Of a DNA stretch of 64,000 nucleotides, positions 35,701 through 49,900 are shown piece after piece. The DNA is taken from assembly GCA_053919585.1 (NCBI GenBank), contig CM132789.1; one strand, given 5' to 3'. Both the position numbers and the translations under genes were made by a program. Every line of letters starts with the position of its first letter. Within the stretch, counting starts at the first letter, position 1. The notes under the pieces are model-generated. The model was not told where the DNA came from, searched no databases, and saw only the letters and a list, made by a program, of their open reading frames with translations. The DNA is from Euprymna scolopes. Its lineage: Eukaryota.

Positions 35701-38700
35701 GAACATAGGGATTTGCTTATAAGTAAAATAATTTGAAAAAAAAAAAGAAGAAAAACCATGCTTGTGCATTGATTCTGTTTTTTTTTGCCACTAGAATTTA
35801 ACTCACAGCTTATATATCATGTATCTACATAAAATTTTGTGTATCTATTTTAAGTATTTACTTCAACAATTCTCAATACGCGAGTAGAGCTAGGGAGTAA
35901 GTTTTGAAAATATATATGGCAATTAAGCTACACAGAATTTTCTGGGTTTCATCAAAATTAGTCAGGCTATTGCATGAAATTGATGTTACTGCACGTTTTT
36001 ATATATTCTCATGGTGCTGAGTTTGCTAGTCAGCCAAACAGAGTTTTTGTTATTTACACATCCATTTATCGCAGCCAATGATCGCGCACTTATCAAGCAG
36101 AGGTTTACTTGCCATCTAATTTACCCTTTCTTTGTTTATTTTTTGGAGAGGATAGAACCCTCTTTTGTGTTAGGAAGTGACCTAGTTTTAATCTCGGCAT
36201 GTAGCTTAATTTCCATGTTTTCAAAACTTACTAAGATATATAAGTTGATTAAATTAATCAAACATAATTACAAATGATGATAGATGTACAATTTTCAATA
36301 TACACAATCACTTAAAGGTTAACAGTAATAAAGAGAGTTCAAACATTTGCCATCTTTTTTCATAGTTTCTAATCATCACTCTAGTAGAATAAATTTAATG
36401 AATCAGAGATGCATGCATTAAAAAATAAAAACACAAACCACTTGTTCTTCCTTGGGTTTGTCAAGACCCCCTTTTCTCGAAGATGAGGAAGTTTCTGGAC
36501 AAGGCATGTGATTAAGATTTGGATCATCTTCAAGTTTACCTTCTCTTTCTTCAGGGATTACCATTGTCTGTTAGTAAAAATAGAAAAAAAAAACAGACAA
36601 ACCTCTATGGATCTGGAAAACCATGTATAGAGTTAATGAAAAAAATGATGGGCATTTCTTTATAATGACACCAACTCTTTTTCCAGGAATTATCACTGTC
36701 TTTTTGTACAATGTCAAGGCCAACCTTCAGGTATATCCCGCTCAACTTTGGAATCCTTCTGTCAGACTCTGGAATCTGCACAGAAATTTGAACAGAACCA
36801 TTCAATCCATAGAAGTAGCATGCTGTCGTTCCATCAACCATGACCGATTAAACAGGTTAAATAAAGATGAGAACAGTAGTCTGAATAATCCAAATAATCC
36901 AAAATTATCAATCCCCATCTCAAAAATTGTTCGTTAAAAAGATGATAGGTAACAGATAAGCATCTAAGAATTTTGAAACTCATGTTAGTGAAAAAAAAAA
37001 AAGATGGTGTTTCTTTATAACAACACCAAGTACTTCATTTCAAATAATCCAGTTTTGAGAATGTGTATCTCCAATAACCGTGTAGTAATTAGTTGAACAT
37101 GTATTAAAATGATTCAAGAAAGGTAAATTCAATTTTATAACTAATGTTTAATAATGAGCCTAGGAGGCCGGGGTTAAATCCTTCTTTAAGTTATACTAAA
37201 AAAAAAAAAAAGATAAATATTAAGCATTAGAATTAAGCCTAAGTGGAGCAATCCAGGGAAAGGAGTGGTGCCCGCCCTTACATCTTTATTAACTAGAGTA
37301 AGTAAACAGGAATTTTCCATGAGAAACTAGGTACAGGATTTAAGGTGAAATGTACAGAAAGTTAGGTCATGAAAGTTAAATCATGAAAGGTCAATTTGAC
37401 AAAGAGGCCAAAATTATTTTTTTCTGTTGAATGTCAAGTGTCAAATTGAACAGACATAGTTTTTAGGCTATTTCATCACCCTTATGGGAGATGACCAAGA
37501 AGAGATTATTACTACAATATTTTTGAACTGCAAATAAATCTACAAGAAAATAGTATGCAGGAGCAAATAATAGAGCTGTTGCTTTTTTTTTTTTTACCTA
37601 TCAACCTCTATGGGTTATTTAAGGTCAGTTATGTTTTTAGTTCAGAGAAAATAATGGAGCTGTTGCTTTTTATTGCTTGAATTATTAAAACTACAAAGAA
37701 AAAGAAAACCGTTGCAAGAAAAAGCAAAAGATCCAAACGTGTACTTTCTATTTGCTATGTATTTTAAAAACCTCTTCTCTGACTTAATCGGTGATTTTGT
37801 ATGATCAATCACAGCTTTGTATCTTTCAGTAGTCTCTCCTTTTATTATCTAACAGACTGAATTGGCTTACATAGTACCAGATTTTAAAAAGAACTTTAGC
37901 CTAGTAAAAAAAAATGCGCAAAATCTACATTCAGTTTTAAATTTATTTGTATTTGAAAATATTACAGAATTTTAGAAATAAAATTGAATAATTGAATTAA
38001 AAAAAAAAAAAAGGTAAAATAAGTTGACAGCAAATCCAAACATCAAAATATCGTTTTGTTTTTGCATTCCTGTACTTTAGCAAAGAAGCAAACAAACCCT
38101 TGGTATTATACTATATTAATAAAAATTATAATAACTGGAATAGCTGTACCAAAAATTGGATTATTTTAAATAATCATGGTGGAGTGATTTTGTAAAGCAG
38201 CACAAATATTGACAATGTAAGTCTAAAATTAAAACATTTGATATTTTAAGTTATTGTTTTTGTTGAAGCCATGATTTCAAAACAAAGACTGATGAAGAAA
38301 TAGTTGAATTTACATATAAAATATACATTAATGTTGGAATGATTAATTTGAATCAGGAATTAAAAAAAAAATCAGAATTTTTTCAAGCATCGCGATTGGA
38401 AAAATTTGTGCCTATTTTTCAATGCCCCAAATGATTCTTTTTAGTGTTTTTATTTTTGTTTGATACTTCATTTTGTACTTGTATTAATGTTGAAATGATA
38501 ACTATTTATTGATTTTAAACTACCAGTAAAACTAAAATCATGCCCATAAGTGTATTTTTATATATGCGAAAATATATGCACAAATTACATGAGATTTTGT
38601 GGTTATCCGTCCCTGTCCCAACACACATAAATCAACTCTATACTTGGAAATTTAAAAATTATTGGAATCAGTAATTATATTGGAATCAGGAATTTAAAAC

Positions 38701-40917
38701 AATCAATAATTGTATTAGAATCATCCCATCACTAATATATACATTTATTTCTCACAGAGAAGTTTGGTAAAAGGAACGTAAAATGGTTAAAAATCACAGA
38801 CCTTGTTACTAACGGAAAAGTTCATGCTAAGGATCTAAACACAATGAAAACAACACATACTATCAGTTATAAAAAGTTGCATAGTATTGTGAAAGTAATT
38901 TCAACTTACTTTGAAAATATCTAGTCAGATCAAGGCAGAATGTTCCAGAGGAGGAAGTTGGTACATAGTATGAAATTTGTAAGTGGTTCCTGGTTGTTTG
39001 TATATCTGTCATAAATTACAATATTGTTTTTTGCAGATATTTTTTATCCTTTTTTGTAGGGAGGTGTCACCATTCTACCATAAACAACAAATAATATTCC
39101 CAAATTTTTACCCATCTCATATTAGCCAGTGAATGTCACTTAATTGGTGATCTAACAGTGTATCGATGTAATTATGCATTACATCCAGTAGAAAAGCCAT
39201 GATTGAACTTGCAACCAGGATGTCTGATGCGAGATGTGTTATAGTCGTGAAAATTTATGGAAAACCAGGTGAATACATTCGATTGGTTTCAAGCCTCAAG
39301 TCAGAAAGAGGAAACGCCTTGTTCTAAATCTCACACATACATGTATTTCTTTGTAGAAGAGTGCATTTTCAAATTAGTGAGTAATAATTCAAGGAGATAA
39401 CTTAAATATCGTTCAAGGGAAATAACTCTTAAATACTCTTTGTCATCATTTGTTAATGATTTTTATTGATAATTTTCTTTGTATGGCAAGAAGTATCGAT
39501 GAAGCAATACTCACAGCTTTTTCTTTGATCAGATACTCAAATGCTTCTTTTTCTTTGCGCAATGTTGTTAGGAATCGTTGCTCTTCCATAGAATTTTTAT
39601 AGATCAAAAAATAAACTCTGAGTGGAATGTCTGGTTTGGCTGCATGGTAGACCTAAACATAAAGAGATAACATACACAATTAATAGACTAAAGATTAATA
39701 GAAAATTCATTCATGCTTATTTACAACTAGCAGGACTCGTGTACTGGCATTGCCCAGTGGAAGTATGCCCCACTGTAAAAAAAAACAACAATTAAATTAT
39801 GGTTGTTAGCGGGTACTGGTGCCTGTAGCCAAAACGAATGTACTGTGCCAAAGTAAAAACATTAGTATCTATAAACCCATTCTTAACATGAGGATTTGAT
39901 TATGTGCTGTGATTATTCTGTGTTTTCACCTAACATGTCAAATAAAAGTAGGGTAGTGTGGCCTATTAGATAGCAGTTGTTACCATCTGCCTGTAATGTA
40001 TGATGAAAATAAAAGACTGAAGTAAAAATTAATTATAACCCAGTGCATTTATTCCGGAGAAAACATTGTGTCACAAGGAAAAGAAACAACCAAACACCAC
40101 TACGGCGGACCTGAACAATGATTCCCGTAGCCTTTAAATTTTTCCTTTTAGCTTTGTCGTAAATTTTTCCAGTGATTATCATCGTGTGCAGGCTTATTTT
40201 TCAGATTAAAAAACAAATTGAAGGTAGTATTTTTATGACTGGAATAGTCAGGGATCAATTTGTAATGATAACGTTCTAATAAATGGAAAACACTTTTTTT
40301 CGTCATGTCAGTTGTTAATGCTGCTGTTAGCTGTTAAATGTTTCCTTTTTTCTGTTGGTAAGGTGTATACAAATTTTTCCAAGGTATTTTGGTAATGTGA
40401 AAGCTAGGCATGTAATCTATGATAAGCATCGTAGAAATTTCTGAAAATTGAAATGGAAAAATCTAAATGCTAGTGGCAGCATTAACAATGGCTATGGCCA
40501 AAAAGTGGGTGTTCACTGAAGTAGAACGTTATAATTCCAAAATTAAGCGCTGATAATCACCTGAAAAATTATAGAATAAGTGAAAAATAAAAAAAGTAAA
40601 TGGCAGAGGCAGTATTGTTCAGGTCCACCTTTTTTTTTTTAAATTATTTTGCAATCGGCAAGTTATGTGTGTTTTAAAGTTTCTAAATGGGTAGACATGT
40701 CCAATAGCCGACCCTAATTGGGTTGCCAGATTCTACTAAATATTTGAAGCCAAATTTTTCAGAAAAAAGGCCAAATTGAAGCCAGATTTTCACAAACAAA
40801 AAAAGCCAAATTGTAAAAACAAAGAGTGTGTGCGTAAATATATAAACATTTACGTATTTTACACTTCATTATTGCTATTTTTTGTGTGCTTGTGTAGATT
40901 GATGTTTTAAACCGATG

Positions 40918-40971
<54 letters not shown>

Positions 40972-43900
40972 TGGAGAGTTTGGCTTCCATATAATCGCAT
41001 CTTTTTTATTATGATTTGTTCTGAAAAAAAAAAAAAAAATTACTGAATTTTATTAAAAAAGAATTTGTTACGGAAATAAAATTGTTGGAAAAAAATAAGT
41101 TTGTTTATTTCATTCAATAAATTTCTGAATGGACAGACTTTGGCGAGGGAGCCTTTATTATTTATGAATTGGAAATTGGAAAGATTGTGTTAGGTCTATG
41201 TATGTATGAACCAGTTACAGTCGGTGTAAGTGTGCAGAATCTGTGGAATGTGTAGAATTCGTCCTGGTGACAACAGGTAGCAGTGGTAGGACTAAATATT
41301 TAGAGAGAAAAATAGGGACTCTAAAGATGTTGCAATTGTGATGGTGTTGTTCGTCAGATGCAATGTAGCATTTTATTATCATGAATATGTCTAAAATGGT
41401 GTTCGAAAGCTACATAAGATAGTGGCTATTAGCCTAAATGTATTGAATTTGTATGTGGCATCTGTTGTTGTAAACCTATGATCCTTTGGTCCAGAGAAGA
41501 ATTTTATCATATATGGAGATTAAACCTATATTAAAAAACTAAATTGCAGAAAAATCTTTATGATGTACATACCTATAGTGGAATGAAAATGTCATTTTCC
41601 AAAAATCACATAAATTGACCAAGTAGTTTTTATATATAAACTGGGTGAGGGCACTCTTGCTGGGTCGTAAAATCTTACATCATTTCTCACCATGCAATAT
41701 ATGTCCTCAACCATCACTGGACCATTTTTAAAGTTATTTAATGATCAAGCAAATCATATTTGTTATAGTAGGTGCACCTTCAATCTTTTGGAATGTGAAA
41801 GCCAAAAAACTTTCACTTATATTGTCAAGGCGGATAACAATGTTATTAAATCTATATATCTATAAAAGTGAACGTGTCTGTGTACATTTTCCTTCACAAT
41901 AACTCTGTCAATTTTCATTCTACAGACTCGAAATTTGATATACAGGGTACTGAGATTTGAGAAAATCTATGTGATCGGTTTTCGGACAGTAATTTGGCTG
42001 TTATGGGGTCAAAGTTCAACGATTTTACCTTTGAGAACTCTATCAAACTCCTCCAACAATTTTGGGTCTAAACACTTGAAATTTTAGATATAGATTCCTT
42101 GGGCATGGATCTAATTTATTAACTTGATTTGAGCTCAAAACAATAAATGTTAAAAGATCATAATAGGGGACAAATTAAAAAAAATGAACCGTTTTTTCTT
42201 TTCGTTTTTTTTTTTTTTTGCTCAGCATACACCTCCAAACACCCGGCAACGCCGGGCCGAAATGCTAATATGTAAATAAATTTTCTGTGCATTTGAAGAA
42301 AACAAGTATTAAATATGATTATATTTAATCAATATCACTTATTTTGCCACAGGAATATAAAAAAAAATTACATCGCACCCCAAGAAAGGTGGTGAGCCAA
42401 ACAAAAGTCAATAGAGGACTGGAGGTTGCTGACTCTTGTGCTAAACTAATACCATCTAAAACAGCAGATCTGTTTGACAACAGATAGGGCTTATACCAAA
42501 TTTAAATTAGGATTCTGGAGACAGAAGGTATAAGGTCCAATTTCTAAGATATAAAAATATCCCACTTGTTATTTTAAAATATTTCCATATGCAAACTTGA
42601 TTCTTTAGAGATTAAAACATTTGTCTCCTAGCATTCTTATGAGTTTAGACTTTGACGCCTTAAAAAATCTCTGGCTCTTTAACCCTGACTTAAACAAAAA
42701 TAAAAGAAACCAAACTTTTTCAAGCCGAATGGAAGTTAATTAAAACGAAAAAAAAATTTAAAGGAAAGTAACTTTTACAGAAATTGTAAGTCAATTTAAA
42801 ATAGAAAAAATATAACTTCAACAGTAGGTAAAATAATTTTCAAAAAGGGAATGTTATAGTGTAGTATAGAGAACATTCCAGAAGTAATGCCTCCTATATT
42901 TTCATTACACCTGAATGGATCAAAGGGGATTGTAAATTGCATTGTTATGATGACTAGACTTATGTAATCATGACCTGAAAAATTCATCTCTCTGTTGTAG
43001 ATATTGATGGTGTGAAAGCAACCCGGCATCAATGTGCATCAGAAGCAGAGACGTGGTATTACATGCAGAAAAAATTTAACTGGTTAACATTCATTGGTGC
43101 CTGCTGAACATTTATGAAGCCAATGCAGTTGATGTCAGCACACCTACGAGATGGGTTCATTTATTTCAGAGTGCTAACAGAGATGCAAAAGACAAAGTGT
43201 GCTCAAGACTTATACAACCAAGGCATCATTTATTGATGGCAAAATTGCATTGAGAATGGTGGTGACTATGTAGAAAAATAACTTCCGGAACACAAATCAA
43301 TGCCATATAAGTAAAGGTATCTAGTCGGCAAGAGAAGAGAGTCAAATTAAATAAGCATTGTTATCATCATCATCATCATCATATTTGGTAGAATGTCCAT
43401 TTTACATGTCGACATGCATTGGATAGTTTTAAGAAATTGACTTCCAAACTCATCTATTTCTGACTAGATCTTTATCATCCGTTTTCTCAAATCTATTTTT
43501 ATCACTTCCAAGTTTTCCTTGACCTTCCCCTATGAACTGACCTTGCTACCTTAACTCTTCTCATTTACTAACCCAAAAATTCTCATCCATTCTTTTAATA
43601 TGGCCATACCATCAAAGTCTCCTGTTCTTCACATATTTCCCTATATTGCCCAGATTTATTTTTATTCTAAGGTTATCAGAATTAAGTCTGTCTTTAGGAC
43701 TCACATTACACATTTCTCTCTATGCAACACATGTCCTCAACCCACGCTGGTTTCAATTACATATATTCTCATACTGTGTATACATGCCTGACAGACTCTT
43801 CCTTTGTTTGACAGTAATAATGTTCTGATAGTAAAATCCGAAATTCCCTGAATGTATTCCATTCATTTTGAACTCTTGAAACCACATTAGCACCTGCTCC

Positions 43901-46900
43901 ATCCTGTGCTCCAATGAAAAAAAAATATTATTATTGAATTCAAACTTACCTCTAATTGTCTGACAAATTGCATATTGGAATCATAAAGGATGACATAACG
44001 AGGGTTGACTTCCCAAAGAATTCGCTGCAGACCCAATGGATCAGATCCACCATGGATAGGATGTATGATAATGGCAGGTTGAGACAAAATGCCGTAGTAA
44101 GCGTCTTCTGAAGAGCATTTAAAGTCGTCAACTTCTTGCTGCTCAGAGATACAAAGAAACGTACACAAAAAACAATGTTATTATTATAATAGATAAAGAA
44201 AAGTCAGCTTCTATAACTTAAGCTTAAATAGCATTGCATTTGTCAATGTTCACTTGTTCACATTTTTCAACCAACGCATTTCAGGTGAAAACACTATTAC
44301 ATTCTTATGTGTCATGCTAAAATTAGTAAAAATTTGAAAAAAAATGATCCAGTCTAAAAATAATCACAAGGAAAAATGACAATTTTCGAATTTAGCGATT
44401 TGTTGAATTTTAATGTATGTTTAAATAGTGAAAAGTTCGCAAGATCCAGGAGAAGGTAACTGCAATTGATAATTTTGTCTAAATCACCTGTACCATTATC
44501 AGTTATCTGAGACCATATTTCTGGCTGATTTTTTTTTATTTAAAATGCTTCTAGCACATTATCTATTGGATCATTTTTCATAATTTTTTGAATTTATACA
44601 AATTTCAGCATAACACATAAGTATGTAATAATGTCTTCACCTGAAATGTGTTGCTTTAAAAGATTATTAATATAAACAAGCACCTTTAATTCTGCCTATC
44701 CAGTCATGTGTATTTCACATGAAACAAAAAATTCCAATAAATTTCAGTAATTACATATTCTATCTAGGTCAATAATCTTTACTCTGCAAAATATATTTTA
44801 TCATAAAATTAATTTAGGCCATCTTGTTTTGATGTTAATATAATTTAAATGAAAAAAAAAACTTTCATATTTATTCATTTAAAAATGTAACAATTACCAA
44901 CTAGTATTGGGATGAAATTGAGAACCAGGGTATTAGAATCGATATCAGAAAATTTACAGCCTAATTTCTGATTCCAAAAACGATTCTTTAAATTTTTTTT
45001 TTCTTGGCAATAAGAAATGAAACAAACATGATGTGTTTATTTATTAAAAGACTGTATATTCATAAAATAAAACTACGGACCAAAACTGCATGTTACAAAT
45101 CCGATTCCAAAATTTAACATTAACTCTCCAGTCTAATGGCAGTAAACAAAGTAAATATTCTAAAGTTCACTTAGCCCCTTCCATTAGTAAATCGTTTGAA
45201 ATTTATTTGCACACTAATTTGCTAAATGTCTGCATGCTGTCTCTCAGAGAGTTAACAGCTGATTCTTAAAAGATTTAAATTGTTTTGGACATTTCTTTGA
45301 ATTATGCTGGTTAATACTGTCATTGTCTGGTCATTGTTTTTTTTGTTTTTTTTTTAATAATTGATGTTTTATTGTATCTTTTTGTTTTGACTACAAGTGG
45401 AAAAATATAGATGAAAATCTCACAAGTTAATAAGAATTTTGAATAAAATATTTAGAAGTTTGCTGAATTAAAAAAGAAATTATATACATTTTTAAAAGTA
45501 CTCTTCATCCCACACACCCTAAAAAAGAAAAATTAGATTCTGATATTTTTACTGTAACTAAAAGAACAAAAAAGAGATGTAAAACACATATATATAAAAT
45601 AAATGTTACCAAATGCAAGATAAGTTACCGTTCTACCTACCTATCTGAATAAGTTTGTGTTTTAACTCATTTTAAAGTATTTTTAGTTCAAAACAAGCCT
45701 AGTGTCCACCCTGTTAAGTTATAGCTGCCCATAAGCCCTGAACAAATATCCTTATAAAAAGGATCCTCAAAAATCGAAAAATTCAACAAAATACCAATAG
45801 AAACAGATCCAAAAATATCAACAATCATGCAAAAATGTAATGTTCTACAAGAATTTTGTTTAATTTTCAAGTTTTGAGTAATTAGATTATACAAGATCAG
45901 TGGTTAAAAATTTAGTGAATACCTCTAAAAAGTTAGAATGGACCAGAAATTATGATCACTTTATATAAACTTTATATCTGAAGCTTATCTCCTCAAAATT
46001 CCAAAATTTTTTTTTTTCTCTTTCCATCACAATCATTCATATCTATTTTTGGTGTTAATCTACAAATTTGCCATTATTATTAGTAGTAGTAGTAATAATG
46101 TGATTATTATCTGTTTCTTGTTTTCCTTTTTACAGTAAAACAAATCAATATAATAATAGATCAAATTTTACAATTAGGAGAAAAAAATATGAACATTCTT
46201 CTTTTATATGTGTGAAGGCAGAGAATAGTTAAAAGGGCCTCTTCTCCATGTTAAGAATGTTTTCTAAATAGTAATTCATTCTTAACATGGGGACAGACTT
46301 TGTTAACTATTCTTTTTATTTTGCATACCAATTGTTAATTTGTTTGAATTATTAAAATTTAAAATAATATTAAAAAAAAAAAATGCAAATTGCCTTTGTT
46401 TTAAAATAAAAAAAAAAAACAATCTTACTTCACAATTTTCAATTAGTTATAAAGAAAACATTTGAGAAAAATATTTTTTAAAATCTACTCTGCAACATAT
46501 GAACACCCAGGTCCATCTCAAGTGCATTTTTTTTTAGTTTAAGAAAAATATATGTGAACATTACACAGAAATTTTACTGGCATTTAGACATTTTTCAAAA
46601 GCATCAAATCTCTAATTAAAAATTTAGAAATTTTAAAGAATCAAAGAATTTTAAATCATTTTTTTTTTTTTTTTTACACGGTGGTCACCACTTATCAAGG
46701 CCCGGAAGCCACTCAGGGATAAGGGTTATTGCAAGTACAGTACGTTAGTGTGGAGATTTGATGAAGTGTTTACTTAAGGGGGCGGTTCATTAGGAATTTG
46801 TTAACGTTGAAGACATCCAAGTTGTAGTCAGGTGGGAAGCAGGCAGACGGAACAGAGTTCCACAGGCATGCAGTTCTAGAAAGAATATGTCCGGTTTCGT

Positions 46901-49900
46901 CTCCTGTAATTGGGTTTCAACCTCTGGAAGGTTGGAACGTAGACCCCTGATGTTGGAGAAGGAGACCTGGTAGTAGGGGTCTACGTTGGAAGATGGGGTT
47001 CTAGGTTTATTAGAGTTTTTTTTCTGGAGATAATTCATGTTGAGGTTTTGGGATTTGTGGAACAGGTCGGCATACTTGGTTAGAGCAGTACAGAGGGGGA
47101 AAGTAAGAGAGAAAAAGACAGGAAAATTTTTTTTTTTTGTAGCACATGAAAAGGTAAAGCCGTAACAATTACCCACTAGTATGGCATCGAGAGGCCCCAC
47201 CAGAGACTACTGCATGGTCCAGAATCCATTCACCAAATGGCAATACAACAGTCCCAGTACTTTGCACCTGTTGATAGGACAGCCTCCTTAGTGGTTAATC
47301 CAAGGTTTGAGTCCCTGACTATCAGGCGGATAACGTCAGCCCATCATTTTTTAATCAAAGAAATTCAAAAGAATCGAAATCGAGAATTTTAAACAAAATC
47401 AGTAATTCTAGCTGAATCGTCCCATCACTATTATCAATAAAATATTTTAGAAGAAATTAGGTAAATTAATCAAAAACAATTCATTTGATTTTACCTACTC
47501 ATTTATTGAATCTATTTTGAATTAATAAATAAATATTTAATAACTGTTATAAGCCTTTAATATTCTGTAGATATCAGGTATTAAGAAAGTAGCCATGTTT
47601 GTTTAGTCAATAATATAAACTAAAATGGCTGCTCAACCAATATTTACAGAAATTTAATGCTTATAACCTCTATTATATATTAAATTTTAGATCAATTAAG
47701 TTTCAAGGATCTCACAAAATAAGCAAAACAAAAAAGATGCCTTCAGTTCAACGCATGGAACATAAGAAAACCTGAGTTGTTTGTTATTTTATAAATTTAA
47801 AAAAAAAAAGGTGGGGGAGAGAGATATAGTAAATATTTATTTTTTTAATGTAAGCAGCAGGTTTTTTTTTAATAAAATTTTTTTTTTTTCCTTTGGAAAA
47901 GGAACAAGTACTTTACATTTTAATATTTATATTATCTTTTGCTAGGCATTTAAATTTTTAATTAAGACAAAATTAAATAAGGCATTGGTTTTTATGAGAA
48001 ATTGTGCACCTTCTCCAAGTGATGTTTCCTCTAGTAACAGCACAAAGCTGGATATTCCATCAGACCAGATGAATTCTGGTCCTGGAATCCAGTAAAACTA
48101 AAAGACTACAAGAAAGATGCACTAAAACATATTTAAATGGTCGATTGGGGAGAGGGAAAGTATGTTCCTTCAGAGATAAAGGAGATTTTTAATGGAGTAT
48201 TTGAATATCTATGTATCTCATATAGAGATCAAGTGTTAACTCCAGGAAGGAAAACTTCAACTGAAAAAAAATGAAACAAAAAGACAAAAACTGGAATTCA
48301 TGGTTTTTCATCATGGTTTGATTTTTAATTTTTTTTTTCTTTATCATTTTTGACTGAGGATATACACTTGTAAAGAGACAAAAGTCTTTATTAAATTTAT
48401 TTGGGCAGCATGTGATCAACAAGTTTAAAGAAAATAATTAAAATCTATTATACAAATCAAAGATCTATTTTTACCTGTTTGGAATCAGAAAAATCAACAG
48501 ATCCCATTTGTGTTAAAGTTACTTCAGTAGATTTGCTTTCCTTTTCAGTTTTTTTCGCAAGTTTGCGCTTTTTTTTCTTGACAGGCTGTGAATGAAAACA
48601 AAGTAATTAGTGTTGGCAGAGAAAAAAATAAGAATGATTTTGAAAAATAAAATCAAACAACGTTAACAAATATTGTACAAATATATATAAGCTTTGAAGA
48701 AATTTATTCCACAGACAATCACCAAAGAAAAGATGCAATAACCAGTTAAATCCAAGAAAGAAACAGATGAATCAACACAAAAGAATAGCACACAAGTTTA
48801 AAGCAAGATGATTTCATTACAAACCCTTTCTCTATGACTTAAGCAGTTCAAGTGATATATTCCACAAAAGGAATATAATTGTTTGAAGCAGCTGAGTGAG
48901 TTTTGCTACAGTTTCAAGTAATTATCTTACTGAACTTGTGTTAATAGCCGAAACTGGTATTCCTAGCATGAGGCTAGTATACTTTTTAATATTCATCCCA
49001 AGTGGCTTCCCCAGTCAGTACTCATGTCTTAACCAGGCAATCATAATGTTGCAAGGAGGAAGGTTAGTTGTTTTTGTTTTACGGCATATCAACCCTTTTC
49101 AGGTTATTTAATGCCGAATCCAAAGATTTTGAAGAAAAATTTTTTAAGAGAATATATTTGTTGTTTTCAAGTCGGTTTCTATTTAACCCATAGTTGAAAC
49201 CCTAACAGGTACTACCACTCCGGGTCAAATTGGACCTGGGAGCAATGGCAATTAAAGGGTGGCTCCACACTTCCCAAAGCCCGCAAGTTGGAGTCTCACC
49301 ACTGGATATAGTTTAAGGTCATATCTAGGACCTTGCAAGGAGGAAGGATCCGGATGTACTCATATTTATTAATTAGAAAGATAGTACAGTAGTACATTAA
49401 TAGAATAGTATAAATTCAGTTTTAGACTGCAAGACGCCAAATCTCTATCAGTAATAGTACAACAGTATATTAATGAACTCTCCTGTCGAATCTCAACATA
49501 TGAGGTTCAAGCAACTAAAGATGATTTGTTTATAGTAGTGAAAACTTTATGTATGACTATTCACACTTTTTGGAACAACTGCTAACCTCAGTCGGTGCAA
49601 GTGATTGCCACAAGACCTCACGTTTTACATCAGAATTTTCCTTCCCCTAGATGCATGTCTAACTGGAGACTAAAGGTACATCTCTCCCAATGGTTTATGA
49701 ATTGTACCCTTAGATACTAACCTGGAAATTTCCCCGTCGTGGTGCAATACATACAGCACCTATTTCCAAATAGTCACCCATTTGGTAGTGGCCAGTACAT
49801 TAATAAAAGTAATGATATAGTTTGGCTTCAAGCAGACAAATGCCAAATCTCCACCAGTAATAGAAGTACAATAGAACATTAATAGAAGTAATAGTATATT

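Noticed and set aside
48290-48360. Extra Lys-rich ERCC4 exon
   Set aside because: No donor site, and the flanking exons already join in phase.
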